Both the position numbers and the translations under genes were made by a program. Shown here one piece after another: positions 10,096 through 20,476 of a DNA stretch of 64,000 nucleotides. Source of the DNA: Candidatus Hermodarchaeota archaeon. GTDB lineage: Archaea; Asgardarchaeota; Hermodarchaeia; Hermodarchaeales; Hermodarchaeaceae. Each line of letters begins with the position of its first letter. The stretch's first letter is position 1. The stretch lies in assembly GCA_016839805.1 (NCBI GenBank), contig JAEOTO010000008.1, positions 6,421 through 70,420 of the forward strand, given 5' to 3'. The notes under the pieces were generated by a model. That model did no database searches and was not told the DNA's origin. It saw nothing but the letters and a program-made list of their open reading frames with translations.

Positions 10096-10923
10096 TTACT
10101 CTAGATAGAAGTCGATGAACTTGTGCTTCTTGATGAAAGGTATGATCAGCAATATTATGACGAGAATGATGGCTACGGCTATTGCAGTATAGGCAATGAC
10201 GGGAATAGCAAGCCATTTGGCTGCGATACCAACTGAAGCCCAAATAACCACCAGGGGAAAGCCGAATTCACGACGGAGATAAACCATGAGAATTGTTAGA
10301 AGGAGTGCCACTATGAGTAAAGCAGCGGTTGCGAGATGTTGGGTTTCTGAGGGAAGACCTGGGATCAAGATATTCAGAGCTGAGGCGATACCTGCAATAG
10401 AAGCTACGGATATCCAGGCGAGATATACGCTGAAGTGTAGATGCACAGCTAATTTTTCCCCTCGACTAACAGCCTCTTTGCCAACTCCTAGCCGTAGATA
10501 GGCTAGCAGTAGCAGGATAAAGACGAGTAAGAGAATTCCTACAGATGCGAGGAAGAAAGGTGGATTTGCAATAGTATATGCGTAGGAGAAATGAAAGACG
10601 AAAATCCATGCTATGTTGGCTAGACCGGCAAAGAGGTAAAAGAAGCTAATTTTTGGTAGATAGGATTCATTACGTTGGCTTGCGCGGGCTTGGTAGATTA
10701 TGAAGATGATGGCTTGGAGGTAGATGATGAACCAGATTGAGAAGACGTATCCGGCGGGTGTGAAGAAATTCGGGTATGCATCAGAAATTTGTCCTGTGTT
10801 GACACCGAAGATTGGCAGCACATTAGCGAGGATATTAACGATGATCACTGAAATGACGGTGATGATGTTGAGAATCTGGTAGATTACGGGATTTATTTTC
10901 GTGGGCATGGGTAATAGTGGCAT
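10096..10923 (-). CDS. polytopic membrane protein, possibly TspO/MBR-related
   Basis: At least seven predicted TM helices. The N-terminal segment ILANVLPIFGVNTGQISDAYPNFFTPAGYVFSIWFIIY is reminiscent of tryptophan-rich sensory protein families. The family assignment is tentative. Confidence 0.5.
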   Translation of the reverse strand: MPLLPMPTKINPVIYQILNIITVISVIIVNILANVLPIFGVNTGQISDAYPNFFTPAGYVFSIWFIIYLQAIIFIIYQARASQRNESYLPKISFFYLFAGLANIAWIFVFHFSYAYTIANPPFFLASVGILLLVFILLLLAYLRLGVGKEAVSRGEKLAVHLHFSVYLAWISVASIAGIASALNILIPGLPSETQHLATAALLIVALLLTILMVYLRREFGFPLVVIWASVGIAAKWLAIPVIAYTAIAVAIILVIILLIIPFIKKHKFIDFYLE

Positions 10924-11225
10924 AGATGTGCCTTAAATTTACATCGAGTTTGCTAGAATTTAGGTAAAACACAGAAATCCTCGTTGAGAAAGTAAAGAAA
11001 TTATATTTTAAAAGATTGAAACTCCATTCTGTTGTACCACGAATAAATACCCGGATTGCGATTAACTTGAATTCACTTATGAAACATCTTTTTTATTATT
11101 TTAGTTAGCTTGGGATGCACCGATGTAAGATGCTTTTGGTCATTTCTTTGCGCAGGCACTAGACTTTTCTACCATCGGAACAAGTTTGAAAAATCATTGA
11201 GAACAATTACGGTATGAGGAGCTCT

Positions 11226-12530
11226 ATGACGAAAAAAATTGGAATTCGGCGTGAGGACAAGGCTTTCGAACTTCGGACACCAATTGTTCCAGCCGATGTA
11301 CAAGCTCTTATGAAAAAATTCGATTTTGCATTCGTTGTCGAACCCTCTGAACAACGTACGTTTACAGAAGCTGCTTATACAAACATTGGTGCCTCTGTGG
11401 GAAGCCTCAAAGAGTGTCCCGTTATTTTTGGCATTAAAGAAATTCCTAAAGAGGTGTTTGAACCTGGGAAAGTCTATCTCTTTTTTGCCCATGTCATTAA
11501 GGGTCAATCCTACAACATGGAGATGCTTCAACAAATGTTGGATGTAGGTGCGACATTGATTGATTATGAACGCATCGTTGAAGTCGATTCAGGTCGTCGA
11601 CTTGTCTTTTTTGGTAACTGGGCCGGATATGCGGGGATGGCGGAAACCCTTCGAGGATTAGGTGAACGGTTAAAGGTTCAAGAAATCGCACCAAATCCCT
11701 TTGCCGTTTTACAATCTACTTATGAATATGGCGGGATGGATGAGTTACAAGCGGCTATTATGGCTGTTGGAGAACGAATCAAAGATGAAGGATTTGCTTC
11801 TGAGCTAGCACCATTGTGTGTGGGCTTTATTGGCTATGGAAATACCTCCCGTGGCGCACAAACCATCTTCGATTTACTCCCCCATAAGACAGTATCACCA
11901 CAAGAACTGGCAGGTCTACCATCAGATAATCATCTCCTGTATAAGGTCGTGTTTCGTGAGGAGAATACGGTTCGTCCCAAAGATCCATCAACAACCTTTG
12001 AGTTGCAGCATTACTATAACCACGGGAAAGCATTGTATGAATCGAACTTTTTCCAATATCTGTCCCACCTCACGGTATTGATGAATTGCATTTACTGGAC
12101 AGATGAATATCCGCGTATGGTTACCAAAACCGAGCTTAAGCAGTTATGGGAACAGACCGGAGGAAACCCACGCTTGAAAATCGTGGGGGATATCAGTTGC
12201 GATGTTGAAGGTGCCATTGAGTTCACCGTTGATTGTACCAAACCGGATAAGCCTACCTTTGTGTTTGACCCGATTCGTGGAGCAATGCAGTTGGGAATTA
12301 AAGGACGTGGTGTAGTGGTGATGGCGGTGGATAACCTGCCCACGGAATTGCCGCGGGAAGCATCAACGTCTTTCAGTGAAACACTCCGGCAATTCATTCC
12401 ATCTATCGTAAAGGCGGATTACACTGTTCCCTTTGAAAATTTAGACCTTCCATCTGAAGTGAAGAAAGCTGTGATTGTCTATCAAGGGAAGCTGACACCA
12501 GAATATGAATATCTCAAAAAGTATTTGTAA
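11226..12530 (+). CDS. lysine-ketoglutarate reductase / saccharopine dehydrogenase (L-lysine-forming)-like, AlaDH/PNT-fold
   Basis: The N-terminal IGIRREDKAFELRTPIVP and the NAD-binding GFIGYGNTSRGAQ are characteristic of the LKR domain of AASS. GAGGAG lies 8 nt upstream of the ATG at 11226. The listed ORF starts at 11214. Confidence 0.7.
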   Translation: MTKKIGIRREDKAFELRTPIVPADVQALMKKFDFAFVVEPSEQRTFTEAAYTNIGASVGSLKECPVIFGIKEIPKEVFEPGKVYLFFAHVIKGQSYNMEMLQQMLDVGATLIDYERIVEVDSGRRLVFFGNWAGYAGMAETLRGLGERLKVQEIAPNPFAVLQSTYEYGGMDELQAAIMAVGERIKDEGFASELAPLCVGFIGYGNTSRGAQTIFDLLPHKTVSPQELAGLPSDNHLLYKVVFREENTVRPKDPSTTFELQHYYNHGKALYESNFFQYLSHLTVLMNCIYWTDEYPRMVTKTELKQLWEQTGGNPRLKIVGDISCDVEGAIEFTVDCTKPDKPTFVFDPIRGAMQLGIKGRGVVVMAVDNLPTELPREASTSFSETLRQFIPSIVKADYTVPFENLDLPSEVKKAVIVYQGKLTPEYEYLKKYL

Positions 12531-12568
12531 CGAGACATAACCAAACGAAGAGTGGATGGGATTATTAG

Positions 12569-13891
12569 ATGAAACACGTACTTGTCCTGGGTGCTGGATT
12601 GGTCGCCCGACCTTATGTCCAGTATATGCTCGATCATAACTATCTTGTGACTGTTGCCAGCCGAACTGTAAGTAAGGCGATGCAGTTGATTGGTGACCAC
12701 CCTAATGGGGAAGCCCGAGCTTTTGATATTACACGCCAGTCTAAAGAGTTAAAGGAACTGATAAAACCGGTCAATCTTGTTGTTTCCCTTTTACCGTATA
12801 CCTTCCATGTGCAGGTAGCTAGAGAATGTTTACGTTATAAAGTGGATATGGTAACAACATCATATGTTTCTGATGAAATGCGATCGTTAGATGAACAGGC
12901 TAGACGCGCTGATATCATCTTGTTGAATGAATGTGGTGTGGACCCAGGCCAAGATCATATGTCAGCGATGAAAATCATTCATCAAGCAAAAGCTGCAGGT
13001 GGAAAAGTTGTCTCGTTCACGAGTTTCACTGGCGGATTACCAGCCCCTGATGCGAACACGAACCCTTTTGGATATAAACTCTCTTGGAGCCCACGAGGTG
13101 TGCTTCTAGCTGGACGAAACTCAGCACAATTTTTGAAAGATGGGAAGATAGTAGAAATTCCATCTGAAGAACTTTTCAATAGCTGTCATGTTGAACAGGT
13201 ACCTGAACTAGGAGATTTCGAAGGGTATCCGAATCGAGATTCGCTCCAGTATATCGATATCTATGGTTTGCGGGGAATAAAGACGATGCTACGTGGAACA
13301 CTCCGGTTCCCTGGTTGGTGTAAGATTATGTATAATATGGGCCAATTAGGTCTCTTCGAGCTCGATGAACAACAATTGAGCGATCTGACTTACGCGGACT
13401 TTATGCAAAAATACCTTAATTTGCCAACGGGTACCAATTTGAAAGAACAGGTAGCCAAGCGATTAAGTCTCTCTAGCGATGATGAAGTAATTGATCGGTA
13501 CGAATGGTTGGGGCTCTTCAGTAACCATGCAATCCCCATTGATCGTGGAGCACCAATAGATGTGCTGGTTTCACTCTTTGAAGAGAAACTCCAATATTCA
13601 CCTGGGGAACGTGACATGATAGTAATGCAGCATAAGTTCACAATTGAACATAAGGATAATTCCCAAGAACATGTAAGCTCAACCCTCATTGATTATGGCA
13701 TTCCGAACCGTGATAGCTCCATGAGTCGTACTGTCGCTCTGCCAGCTGCTATCGCCTCACATCTTATCCTAACCGGTGAGGTCCAATTAAAAGGCGTGCA
13801 GATTCCCATTGTGCCAGAACTTTATGAGCCTGTCCTCGAGGAACTCGTGTCTTTAGGTATTCAATTCAAAGAAGAATCCACAAGAACCTAG
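12569..13891 (+). CDS. saccharopine dehydrogenase (NADP+, L-glutamate-forming)-like (LYS9 / AASS SDH domain type)
   Basis: An N-terminal Rossmann motif VLVLGAGLVARP and the overall length (440 aa) fit. It is co-linear with the LKR gene 38 nt upstream. Confidence 0.75.
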   Translation: MKHVLVLGAGLVARPYVQYMLDHNYLVTVASRTVSKAMQLIGDHPNGEARAFDITRQSKELKELIKPVNLVVSLLPYTFHVQVARECLRYKVDMVTTSYVSDEMRSLDEQARRADIILLNECGVDPGQDHMSAMKIIHQAKAAGGKVVSFTSFTGGLPAPDANTNPFGYKLSWSPRGVLLAGRNSAQFLKDGKIVEIPSEELFNSCHVEQVPELGDFEGYPNRDSLQYIDIYGLRGIKTMLRGTLRFPGWCKIMYNMGQLGLFELDEQQLSDLTYADFMQKYLNLPTGTNLKEQVAKRLSLSSDDEVIDRYEWLGLFSNHAIPIDRGAPIDVLVSLFEEKLQYSPGERDMIVMQHKFTIEHKDNSQEHVSSTLIDYGIPNRDSSMSRTVALPAAIASHLILTGEVQLKGVQIPIVPELYEPVLEELVSLGIQFKEESTRT

Positions 13892-13970
13892 ATAAGCACG
13901 CCCAGCATCAAGAACCTTTTTGTAGCTCGCAGCACCTTGCTAGATAGCGGGTAATGAGAGGTGCCAATTC

Positions 13971-14939
13971 ATGGAACGGAAGACTCTCCTCGTCGTGATA
14001 TTTGTCATGGCGTTTGTCATCATGTTAGATGTCATCTGGGCTATACTCAACTACATTTTTCCGCTTTTAATTTACGGATGGATTGACATTTCTCCAATTA
14101 TCGCGGGCAGTGGTGTCACTGACTGGATCGTCCTCTTTTATCTAATTCCTATATTGGCGATTCCGTTCTATTTACTAATGGCAATCATTACTCCTCGGTG
14201 GCTCGTATTACCCTTAAACCGACTCCTCAACCCAGGAAGCGAAGTCTACTATTATGGCGTTGATACGAAAAAACCATCTCCCCTCTACACTGTCTTTCGG
14301 AGAGCTATTTTCGCGTTGCTCCTAACCTTTGGTCTATCACTTACAGTAGCAACAACCATTGGTCAATATTTCATCATCTGGAACCCTACGCTTCCATTAT
14401 CAATTAATGTATGGAACACAGCAGCGGTCATTTTCCCACTGGTCTTTTTTGCCCTTGGAGTCATTCTGCCCTCATCATGGCTGATAGATGACACCAAGAT
14501 TCTGTTTCACAGCCAGCCACCCAGTGGTTCTCAAGAACTTTTCAGCGCAGGACGCGTACTAACCTATCTGTTAGCGGGATACGCAGGAATCTCGGTTCTC
14601 ATCTTCTATGGGTATATCATCATCTATATCGGTATTATCTATGCTACAGCTGTCATTACGCCACCCTGGCCATGGGTCCCTCCAAGCTTTGTAGTGTTAA
14701 TCACCCTCCTGAATCCCTTCATTTTCATCTATATGCCACTAATAATGCTCCTAGCATATGACCACTTTCTTCCCCAACTCAAAAAACATCTCGAATCCTA
14801 CATGGACTCACGAGGAACACAACAACTCTCAACCATGTGCATCGTAGATGTAGATATTTCCGACTTTCTTGGATCTGACAAACCTAGCGAATCAACAGAT
14901 TCTAGTGAAGCCCAAACAAGTATGAATGACGAAGAATAA
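13971..14939 (+). CDS. polytopic membrane protein with an acidic C-terminal tail
   Basis: At least eight hydrophobic segments and a C-terminal SDKPSESTDSSEAQTSMNDEE tail. GAGAGGTG is an SD-like element upstream. Confidence 0.5.
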   Translation: MERKTLLVVIFVMAFVIMLDVIWAILNYIFPLLIYGWIDISPIIAGSGVTDWIVLFYLIPILAIPFYLLMAIITPRWLVLPLNRLLNPGSEVYYYGVDTKKPSPLYTVFRRAIFALLLTFGLSLTVATTIGQYFIIWNPTLPLSINVWNTAAVIFPLVFFALGVILPSSWLIDDTKILFHSQPPSGSQELFSAGRVLTYLLAGYAGISVLIFYGYIIIYIGIIYATAVITPPWPWVPPSFVVLITLLNPFIFIYMPLIMLLAYDHFLPQLKKHLESYMDSRGTQQLSTMCIVDVDISDFLGSDKPSESTDSSEAQTSMNDEE

Positions 14940-14992
14940 CCAACCCTATTCGTCCGACAAAGCAATATGCACCCTCAACTCTTGTACCCCCT

Positions 14993-15586
14993 ATGGATCC
15001 TGTTCGTCTCTCCCAACAAATAGAATTCATTGCGGAAATTGACAAGCTTAAACGCGTAATCCGCGAATCCTGGCTAGTAGATGCAAGTCGTAAAGAAACA
15101 GACGCCGAACACTCCTGGCATATCACCGTCATGGCACTCCTACTTCAGGAATATGCCAATGAAACTGATGTTGACATTCTAAAAGTCATGAAAATGCTCC
15201 TCATCCATGATATTGTCGAAATTGACGCCGGTGACACATTCATTTACGATAAAGAACACGCCCAGGACCAAAACGAACGTGAGACCAGGGCTGCGAACCG
15301 AATTTTTGGGTTATTACCTGCAGATCAACAAGCGGAATTCTTTGCCCTGTGGGAGGAGTTCGAAAATGTTAAAACCCCAGAGGCTAGGTTTGCTCGAACT
15401 ATCGATTCGATGCAACCCCTTCTCCTCGCTTATCTCAATGAAGGAATGTCCTGGAAAATTCATAATATCATTCGATCTCAAGTCATTGACATGAAAAAAC
15501 ACATGGGAAATGGATCCAGCGTTCTTTGGGAATATACCCTAGAACTCCTTGAGGATGCCATTAAGAAAGGTATCCTTAAAGATTGA
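14993..15586 (+). CDS. HD-domain phosphohydrolase (YfbR-like 5'-deoxynucleotidase family)
   Basis: HD metal-ligand motifs are present: HSWH...LIHDIVEIDAGD. Confidence 0.7.
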   Translation: MDPVRLSQQIEFIAEIDKLKRVIRESWLVDASRKETDAEHSWHITVMALLLQEYANETDVDILKVMKMLLIHDIVEIDAGDTFIYDKEHAQDQNERETRAANRIFGLLPADQQAEFFALWEEFENVKTPEARFARTIDSMQPLLLAYLNEGMSWKIHNIIRSQVIDMKKHMGNGSSVLWEYTLELLEDAIKKGILKD

Positions 15587-15668
15587 TATCCGGGTCATCC
15601 ATCAATCTTCAGTACGTCAATGTTTTGCATCCGAAACATTCAAACAATCCAAGAGTGACCCCTTACAC

Positions 15669-16622
15669 ATGAAGCTTGGAGAAATCTATCGAATGATAGT
15701 CGACATGGGGATTAAGGCAGATCCCCGCGGCGAAAAGAAAGTCAAGAAGGTACTTGAATCTTCGAAAAAAAAGTATGAAAAAATGGAAGGCAAAAAGAAA
15801 GAGCTAGCAGATAAGGATATCATCTGGAATCCTTACACGGACTGTCGGCTTTTATACGGCGATCCTGACCATGACATCAAAAGTGTTCTCGCTGGTATAG
15901 ACATAACTCCTGGTGAAATTGTCCTCGCAGATCGGCTGGGTGACAAAGGTAAGAAAATTAACCTCGTTTTAGCTCACCATCCACATGGCATTGGCACCTC
16001 ACGTTTAGACTTCGTGATGCGCCTTCAACCCGAACATTGGGCACAGGTGGGTGTACCTATTGCACAAGCCGAGTCAGCCATGGCAAAACGCCTCAAAGAA
16101 GTCCATTGGGCAACCAAAGCACGAAACCACACTCAAACCATCGATGCCGCACGGCTCCTGGACATGCCTTTTATGTGTGCACACACCCCTGCGGACTCAC
16201 TCGGTTATCAGTTCCTCACGAACTTCCTCAAAGAGAAGGACCCGCTCACCCTCGGTGATTTGGTCGATACGCTTCTAGAAATTCCTGAATACCAAGAAGC
16301 CGAAAAAGTCGGTGCAGGACCCGAAATCCTGATAGGAAACACTGAAGGAAGCGTTGGCGATAAATTCGTATTCTTCACTGGGGGAACCAGCCCCGGACCG
16401 GAATCCATTCCCAAACTTGCCCGAGCAGGTGTCAGCACCGTCGTAACCATGCACTGGACCGACAAGCTCAAAGAAGCCACTGAAAAAGAAGGAATTTACG
16501 TCGTGATTGCAGGACATGATAGCTCCGATTCCATCGGCATGAACTTGATTCTCGATGAGCTCGAAAAGAAAGGCATCACACCTTACGCCTGCTCAGGTTT
16601 CTTCCGATACAAGCGAAGTTAA
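15669..16622 (+). CDS. NIF3-family dinuclear-metal-centre protein
   Basis: The NIF3 signature INLVLAHHPHGI (vithHP) is present with overall NIF3-like spacing. The Met at 15669 avoids overlap with the HD gene; the listed ORF starts at 15549. Confidence 0.65.
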   Translation: MKLGEIYRMIVDMGIKADPRGEKKVKKVLESSKKKYEKMEGKKKELADKDIIWNPYTDCRLLYGDPDHDIKSVLAGIDITPGEIVLADRLGDKGKKINLVLAHHPHGIGTSRLDFVMRLQPEHWAQVGVPIAQAESAMAKRLKEVHWATKARNHTQTIDAARLLDMPFMCAHTPADSLGYQFLTNFLKEKDPLTLGDLVDTLLEIPEYQEAEKVGAGPEILIGNTEGSVGDKFVFFTGGTSPGPESIPKLARAGVSTVVTMHWTDKLKEATEKEGIYVVIAGHDSSDSIGMNLILDELEKKGITPYACSGFFRYKRS

Positions 16623-16727
16623 CGTGATTACTCAACCTTACTCCTGTGCTCCGGAGCTTGCGACAAAATAGGTGGGAAGCCGGTTGAAAAAAAGTGTTCA
16701 ACCGGCAATACATATCGTCATTTGCAG

Positions 16728-17966
16728 TTACTTTTCTTCGTCGATGGTTTCGAGTTCCTTGCCCTTCGTTTCATAGGGTTTCGTAAGAAATGAGATAAGC
16801 GGGAATATCATGAATACTCCGCCAATAACCCAGAACGCCATCCAATTCCCAGGTAAGGCCAGGAATACCAATACAGCGATCATTGGAGCAAGTACGTATC
16901 CGAGACGGGATGCCGTTACCGCAATACCCACACTCGATGAACGAACCTTGGTTGGAAAAATTTCAGTCACATAGACATAGATCCAAGCTAGAACCATTGC
17001 CATGAAGAAGTAGATGCCCCAGAAGAATGCGGGTAATCCTGATAGTCCTAAACCTACAAAGGAAATTATCGAGCCGAATGTTCCGATGATTAAGGTAATG
17101 TTTCGACCCACCCTTTCTAGGAGGACTCCGGATACGATTGCGCTAATTGGTAGCATTAATCCTCCGATTATCAGAATGGTGTTCCACTGTGCAGCGTAAG
17201 GAGAAGAGGTGAAGAATATTCCAGACCAGGTTGTGCCCAGTTTGAAGGATATGGTCCAGGCTAGATATACTAGTGATGCGATACCGACGTATAACGCATC
17301 TCTTCTTCCCAATGATTTGATTGCTTCAATGATTCCGAGTCGTTTCTGTGCCCGCCCCTCTTGAACATCGGTCCAGCGTTTGGTTTCTTTCATGAAGACT
17401 AGGAGAACGAGGATAACGATTAGGAAGATTGCCATGATGCCGTATCCCCATCGCCAGCCTAGTAGGCTCATGACCCTAGGACCTAGAAGTGCATAGAGTG
17501 GGATAACGCTGATTAGAAAGGCAAGGCTTCCATACAGGCCACGCCGTTTCGCGGGTGATTCTTCGGTGATTGGTACTTCCCAGAGATTTGATGTTGTTCC
17601 CATGATAAGTAACGAGTATAATAGCATGAACATATACCAGCTAAGTGAACCGACTGTCATTGGATAGGGAATTAAGATGATGAGTCCTGCAGGGATACCC
17701 ATTACTAGTGTTAGTGCTAAGATGCCTTTTCGACGTCCGAATGCGTCTGAGAAATAGCCAATGAAGAAGACTAGAAAGACGACTATTCCAAAGACGCCTT
17801 GCCAAAATCCGAAGAGCCATTGAGTTGTTATGTCGAGACCTGCCTCAGCGAATATGAGTGGTGCTGCGGGTGTTTCGATGAGTGAGAGCCAGACATCCAT
17901 TTGTCCGACGAGACCCATGAAAATGACGAGGAAGGCTAAATAGCCACGTGAACGTTTTTCTGCCAT
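16728..17966 (-). CDS. major-facilitator-superfamily transporter
   Basis: Twelve TM-like segments and a GRRKG loop motif (FGRRKGIL) after TM2. Confidence 0.8.
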   Translation of the reverse strand: MAEKRSRGYLAFLVIFMGLVGQMDVWLSLIETPAAPLIFAEAGLDITTQWLFGFWQGVFGIVVFLVFFIGYFSDAFGRRKGILALTLVMGIPAGLIILIPYPMTVGSLSWYMFMLLYSLLIMGTTSNLWEVPITEESPAKRRGLYGSLAFLISVIPLYALLGPRVMSLLGWRWGYGIMAIFLIVILVLLVFMKETKRWTDVQEGRAQKRLGIIEAIKSLGRRDALYVGIASLVYLAWTISFKLGTTWSGIFFTSSPYAAQWNTILIIGGLMLPISAIVSGVLLERVGRNITLIIGTFGSIISFVGLGLSGLPAFFWGIYFFMAMVLAWIYVYVTEIFPTKVRSSSVGIAVTASRLGYVLAPMIAVLVFLALPGNWMAFWVIGGVFMIFPLISFLTKPYETKGKELETIDEEK

Positions 17967-18188
17967 TGTTGGTCCCTCGTAAACCCCTCTTTAGCAAGGT
18001 CTTGTTATATAAACACGATATATTGGCACTCTTTCAACATATTCATCATAGAATGACCGCGTGGAGAGATGAGAGCATGTTCCATTTTCTAGAATAGTGT
18101 CCCCCCCCCAGGTGTTCTAATCCTTAGGATATTATCCGACGATATCCTATACAGAACTAGATCCACTCTGTATTGGAAGTAATAGGTA

Positions 18189-18665
18189 ATGGAAACTAAA
18201 ACAAAACTGATTGCCACACTTACATTGGTTGCTGTAGTTTCCGCAAGCCTCATAACAGCAGGAATCATCACCTATGTTAATTCCCCCGGTCTAACTTTGA
18301 CTGGCAGTTTATACTTCAACGATTCGGGAGAACACCACGGCGGCTTTGAAGCTGCCATGCAATGGAACGTTACATTATCCGTGAAAGTCGGTTATGGATT
18401 ATTAATTGTTACACCAGAACCAGGTTATATGAACAATGAACGATTGCAAAAATGGAGTTATAGCATAAGTGGTTTTCAAATCACTGAGGAGCGTATTGTA
18501 ATGGCAATTGATGGTCATCAAGTTGTCCTAGAGTTTGTTGAAAATGACACGATATGGAATACGTATGATAACCATTACATTAGTGCCACTCCCGCTATTT
18601 CACCAACTATCTTTCCAGGATTCATCAGTCATTTCTATGTTGAATTGCGTTTGTCTGGAAATTAA
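18189..18665 (+). CDS. secreted / membrane-anchored hypothetical protein
   Basis: An N-terminal TM / signal anchor (LIATLTLVAVVSASLITAGII). No recognisable family. Confidence 0.45.
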   Translation: METKTKLIATLTLVAVVSASLITAGIITYVNSPGLTLTGSLYFNDSGEHHGGFEAAMQWNVTLSVKVGYGLLIVTPEPGYMNNERLQKWSYSISGFQITEERIVMAIDGHQVVLEFVENDTIWNTYDNHYISATPAISPTIFPGFISHFYVELRLSGN

Positions 18666-18715
18666 TGGTATTAACTGCACCTACGAATGAGGTATGGAAA
18701 ATATCAGTGGATTTT

Positions 18716-19276
18716 CTACCAAGGTATTGTGCTACCGAACCAACCAAATGTGAAGGCCCAAACAACTTGTATTCCAATGAAGAAGTTGATTACGGCTATT
18801 GCTGAACCTAAAGTAATCTCATGGAGACGATTCAACGCAATAACATACAAGTAACCTGCCCATAGTCCAGATATTAACCCAAAATAAGGAATCCAGCCAA
18901 AAACTAACGTAGGAGCAACGGCATAGGTCCCCACCTTAAATGAGTTAAGAAGGGATCCTGAGCCTCGAAGGAGCTTTGCGATTATATGATATATGAGTCC
19001 AATGAGCGGAAATTTGAGGACATTTAAGAGGTAAGTGAGAACTCCAACCCAGAGGTAACGGGAGATTCCGGTGGCGGCTTCAAAGAGGGGCGCATACACG
19101 TAAGCTCCCATTTGCGCGTTGGTCCCCGAATGAATGATATTCGCTGGAAAACCAAACCAGCAGACGAAGGGAGTCAAAATAGCTGGAATTACATTGAGGA
19201 GTAAAAACCAACGCAGAATGGACCAATAACCACTAATCTCCCCTTCAGCATCAAAAGTTTGTTTGGGTCGAGCCAT
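18716..19276 (-). CDS. Yip1-domain-like multi-pass membrane protein
   Basis: A hydrophilic N-terminus is followed by 4-5 TM helices, with topology and length like the Yip1 / DUF1282 family. The assignment is tentative. Confidence 0.45.
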   Translation of the reverse strand: MARPKQTFDAEGEISGYWSILRWFLLLNVIPAILTPFVCWFGFPANIIHSGTNAQMGAYVYAPLFEAATGISRYLWVGVLTYLLNVLKFPLIGLIYHIIAKLLRGSGSLLNSFKVGTYAVAPTLVFGWIPYFGLISGLWAGYLYVIALNRLHEITLGSAIAVINFFIGIQVVWAFTFGWFGSTIPW

Positions 19277-19406
19277 GACATCCCATGCTTTTTCAAATCA
19301 GTAACAAGATACATCGTCCCATTCACCAATTCTATCTCGGTCAGGTAAAATATGAAGGCACCCTTTGAGGCATTTTAAGAATTTGACAAAAGATCGCTAG
19401 TCCCTT

Positions 19407-19994
19407 TCATTGCTTCAGTTTATTAAAACAAGTTTCACAGTATTTGGCTGGCTTTTGATCTGTATCAGCAAGGGTATTTGAAAATCGCATGACGCAGTAA
19501 TTTTCGCAATGCCCGAGTCCAAGTACATGTCCGAGCTCGTGTACCGCCTCGATTACGATACGCTGAAAATATAATGCATCATTGGAGGGAAGTTGGTAGA
19601 AGCTGGGGCGGAGTCGTGGAAGTGCCACAAGGGCATTCCCGCCAAGTTGGGCAAGTCCGAAGATAAAATTTAGCCGTGGAACAAAAAGATCTGAATTCAC
19701 CAAGGCTAGACCATGTAGATTGGGTGGCACATGGTCATCAAGGACTTTGAGAAATAAGCCTGCTAAATATTGACGTCGCTGTGAATCATAGCCTTCTTCA
19801 GGCATTGGCAGCAAATCTGCATGTACGCTTACTGGAGCGAAAAGGGACGAATACTGGTCATCCAAGGACTTCTTGAGTCCGACCAAGAGCTTTCGGGGTG
19901 TGTTTATAAAACCAAAGATACGGAGTCCAACCACTGAGTTCACCAGCAAAGGTAGACAGGACTTCCCTGCTTTTGCAAAGTAATTTAGTCTCAT
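19407..19994 (-). CDS. amzA: archaemetzincin (zinc metalloprotease AmzA)
   Basis: The full archaemetzincin signature is present: HELGHVLGLGHCENYCVMRF...KYCETC, that is HExxHxxGxxHCxxxxCxM plus the CxxC zinc ribbon. Confidence 0.8.
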   Translation of the reverse strand: MRLNYFAKAGKSCLPLLVNSVVGLRIFGFINTPRKLLVGLKKSLDDQYSSLFAPVSVHADLLPMPEEGYDSQRRQYLAGLFLKVLDDHVPPNLHGLALVNSDLFVPRLNFIFGLAQLGGNALVALPRLRPSFYQLPSNDALYFQRIVIEAVHELGHVLGLGHCENYCVMRFSNTLADTDQKPAKYCETCFNKLKQ

Positions 19995-20020
19995 AATGTC
20001 GATTGTAAATATATTGTAGG

Positions 20021-20365
20021 TTAGCAGGTGAGATGGAGCGCAGATACCACATTTCGACTAGCTTGCATCATAGAATTGAAGAGCGAACACGCTGTTTGTG
20101 TCTTCTTAGCAATAAGTTGAATATGGTGTTTATCTAATTGCCGTCGGGTCTCTTCAGGTATTCGAAGCGCTCCAGTATACCCAGTACCGACAATGAGCAC
20201 TTCTGGCTGCGCTGCTAACACGCATTTAAGATCTTCTATGACTAGTTCATGCCCTTTTTGTCGCCACCATTGGTCACGGACTCGGTCAGGAAAGACTAAG
20301 ATATCAGTGTGATACGTCTCCCCGTCAATGACAATTTTACCAAACTCATACTCCTCAATTAACAT
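20021..20365 (-). CDS. Mth938-like (DUF498) domain protein
   Basis: A 114-aa protein with LIVGTGYTG....ALHLTC, characteristic of the Mth938 fold. Confidence 0.55.
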   Translation of the reverse strand: MLIEEYEFGKIVIDGETYHTDILVFPDRVRDQWWRQKGHELVIEDLKCVLAAQPEVLIVGTGYTGALRIPEETRRQLDKHHIQLIAKKTQTACSLFNSMMQASRNVVSALHLTC

Positions 20366-20476
20366 AGTAGCTTTGATCCTCGACCTATCTTTACTGAAAT
20401 AACTATACTGAATCGGGTAAAAAAGTCATTATGATTTCGAAGCAATTTAGTGGTGAGTAATGAGTTCTTGAACTAT

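Noticed and set aside
16037-16517. Cluster of overlapping 73-90-aa ORFs on both strands within the NIF3 gene
   Set aside because: A locally GC-rich coding sequence produces stop-poor alternative frames. The NIF3 frame carries the family motif.
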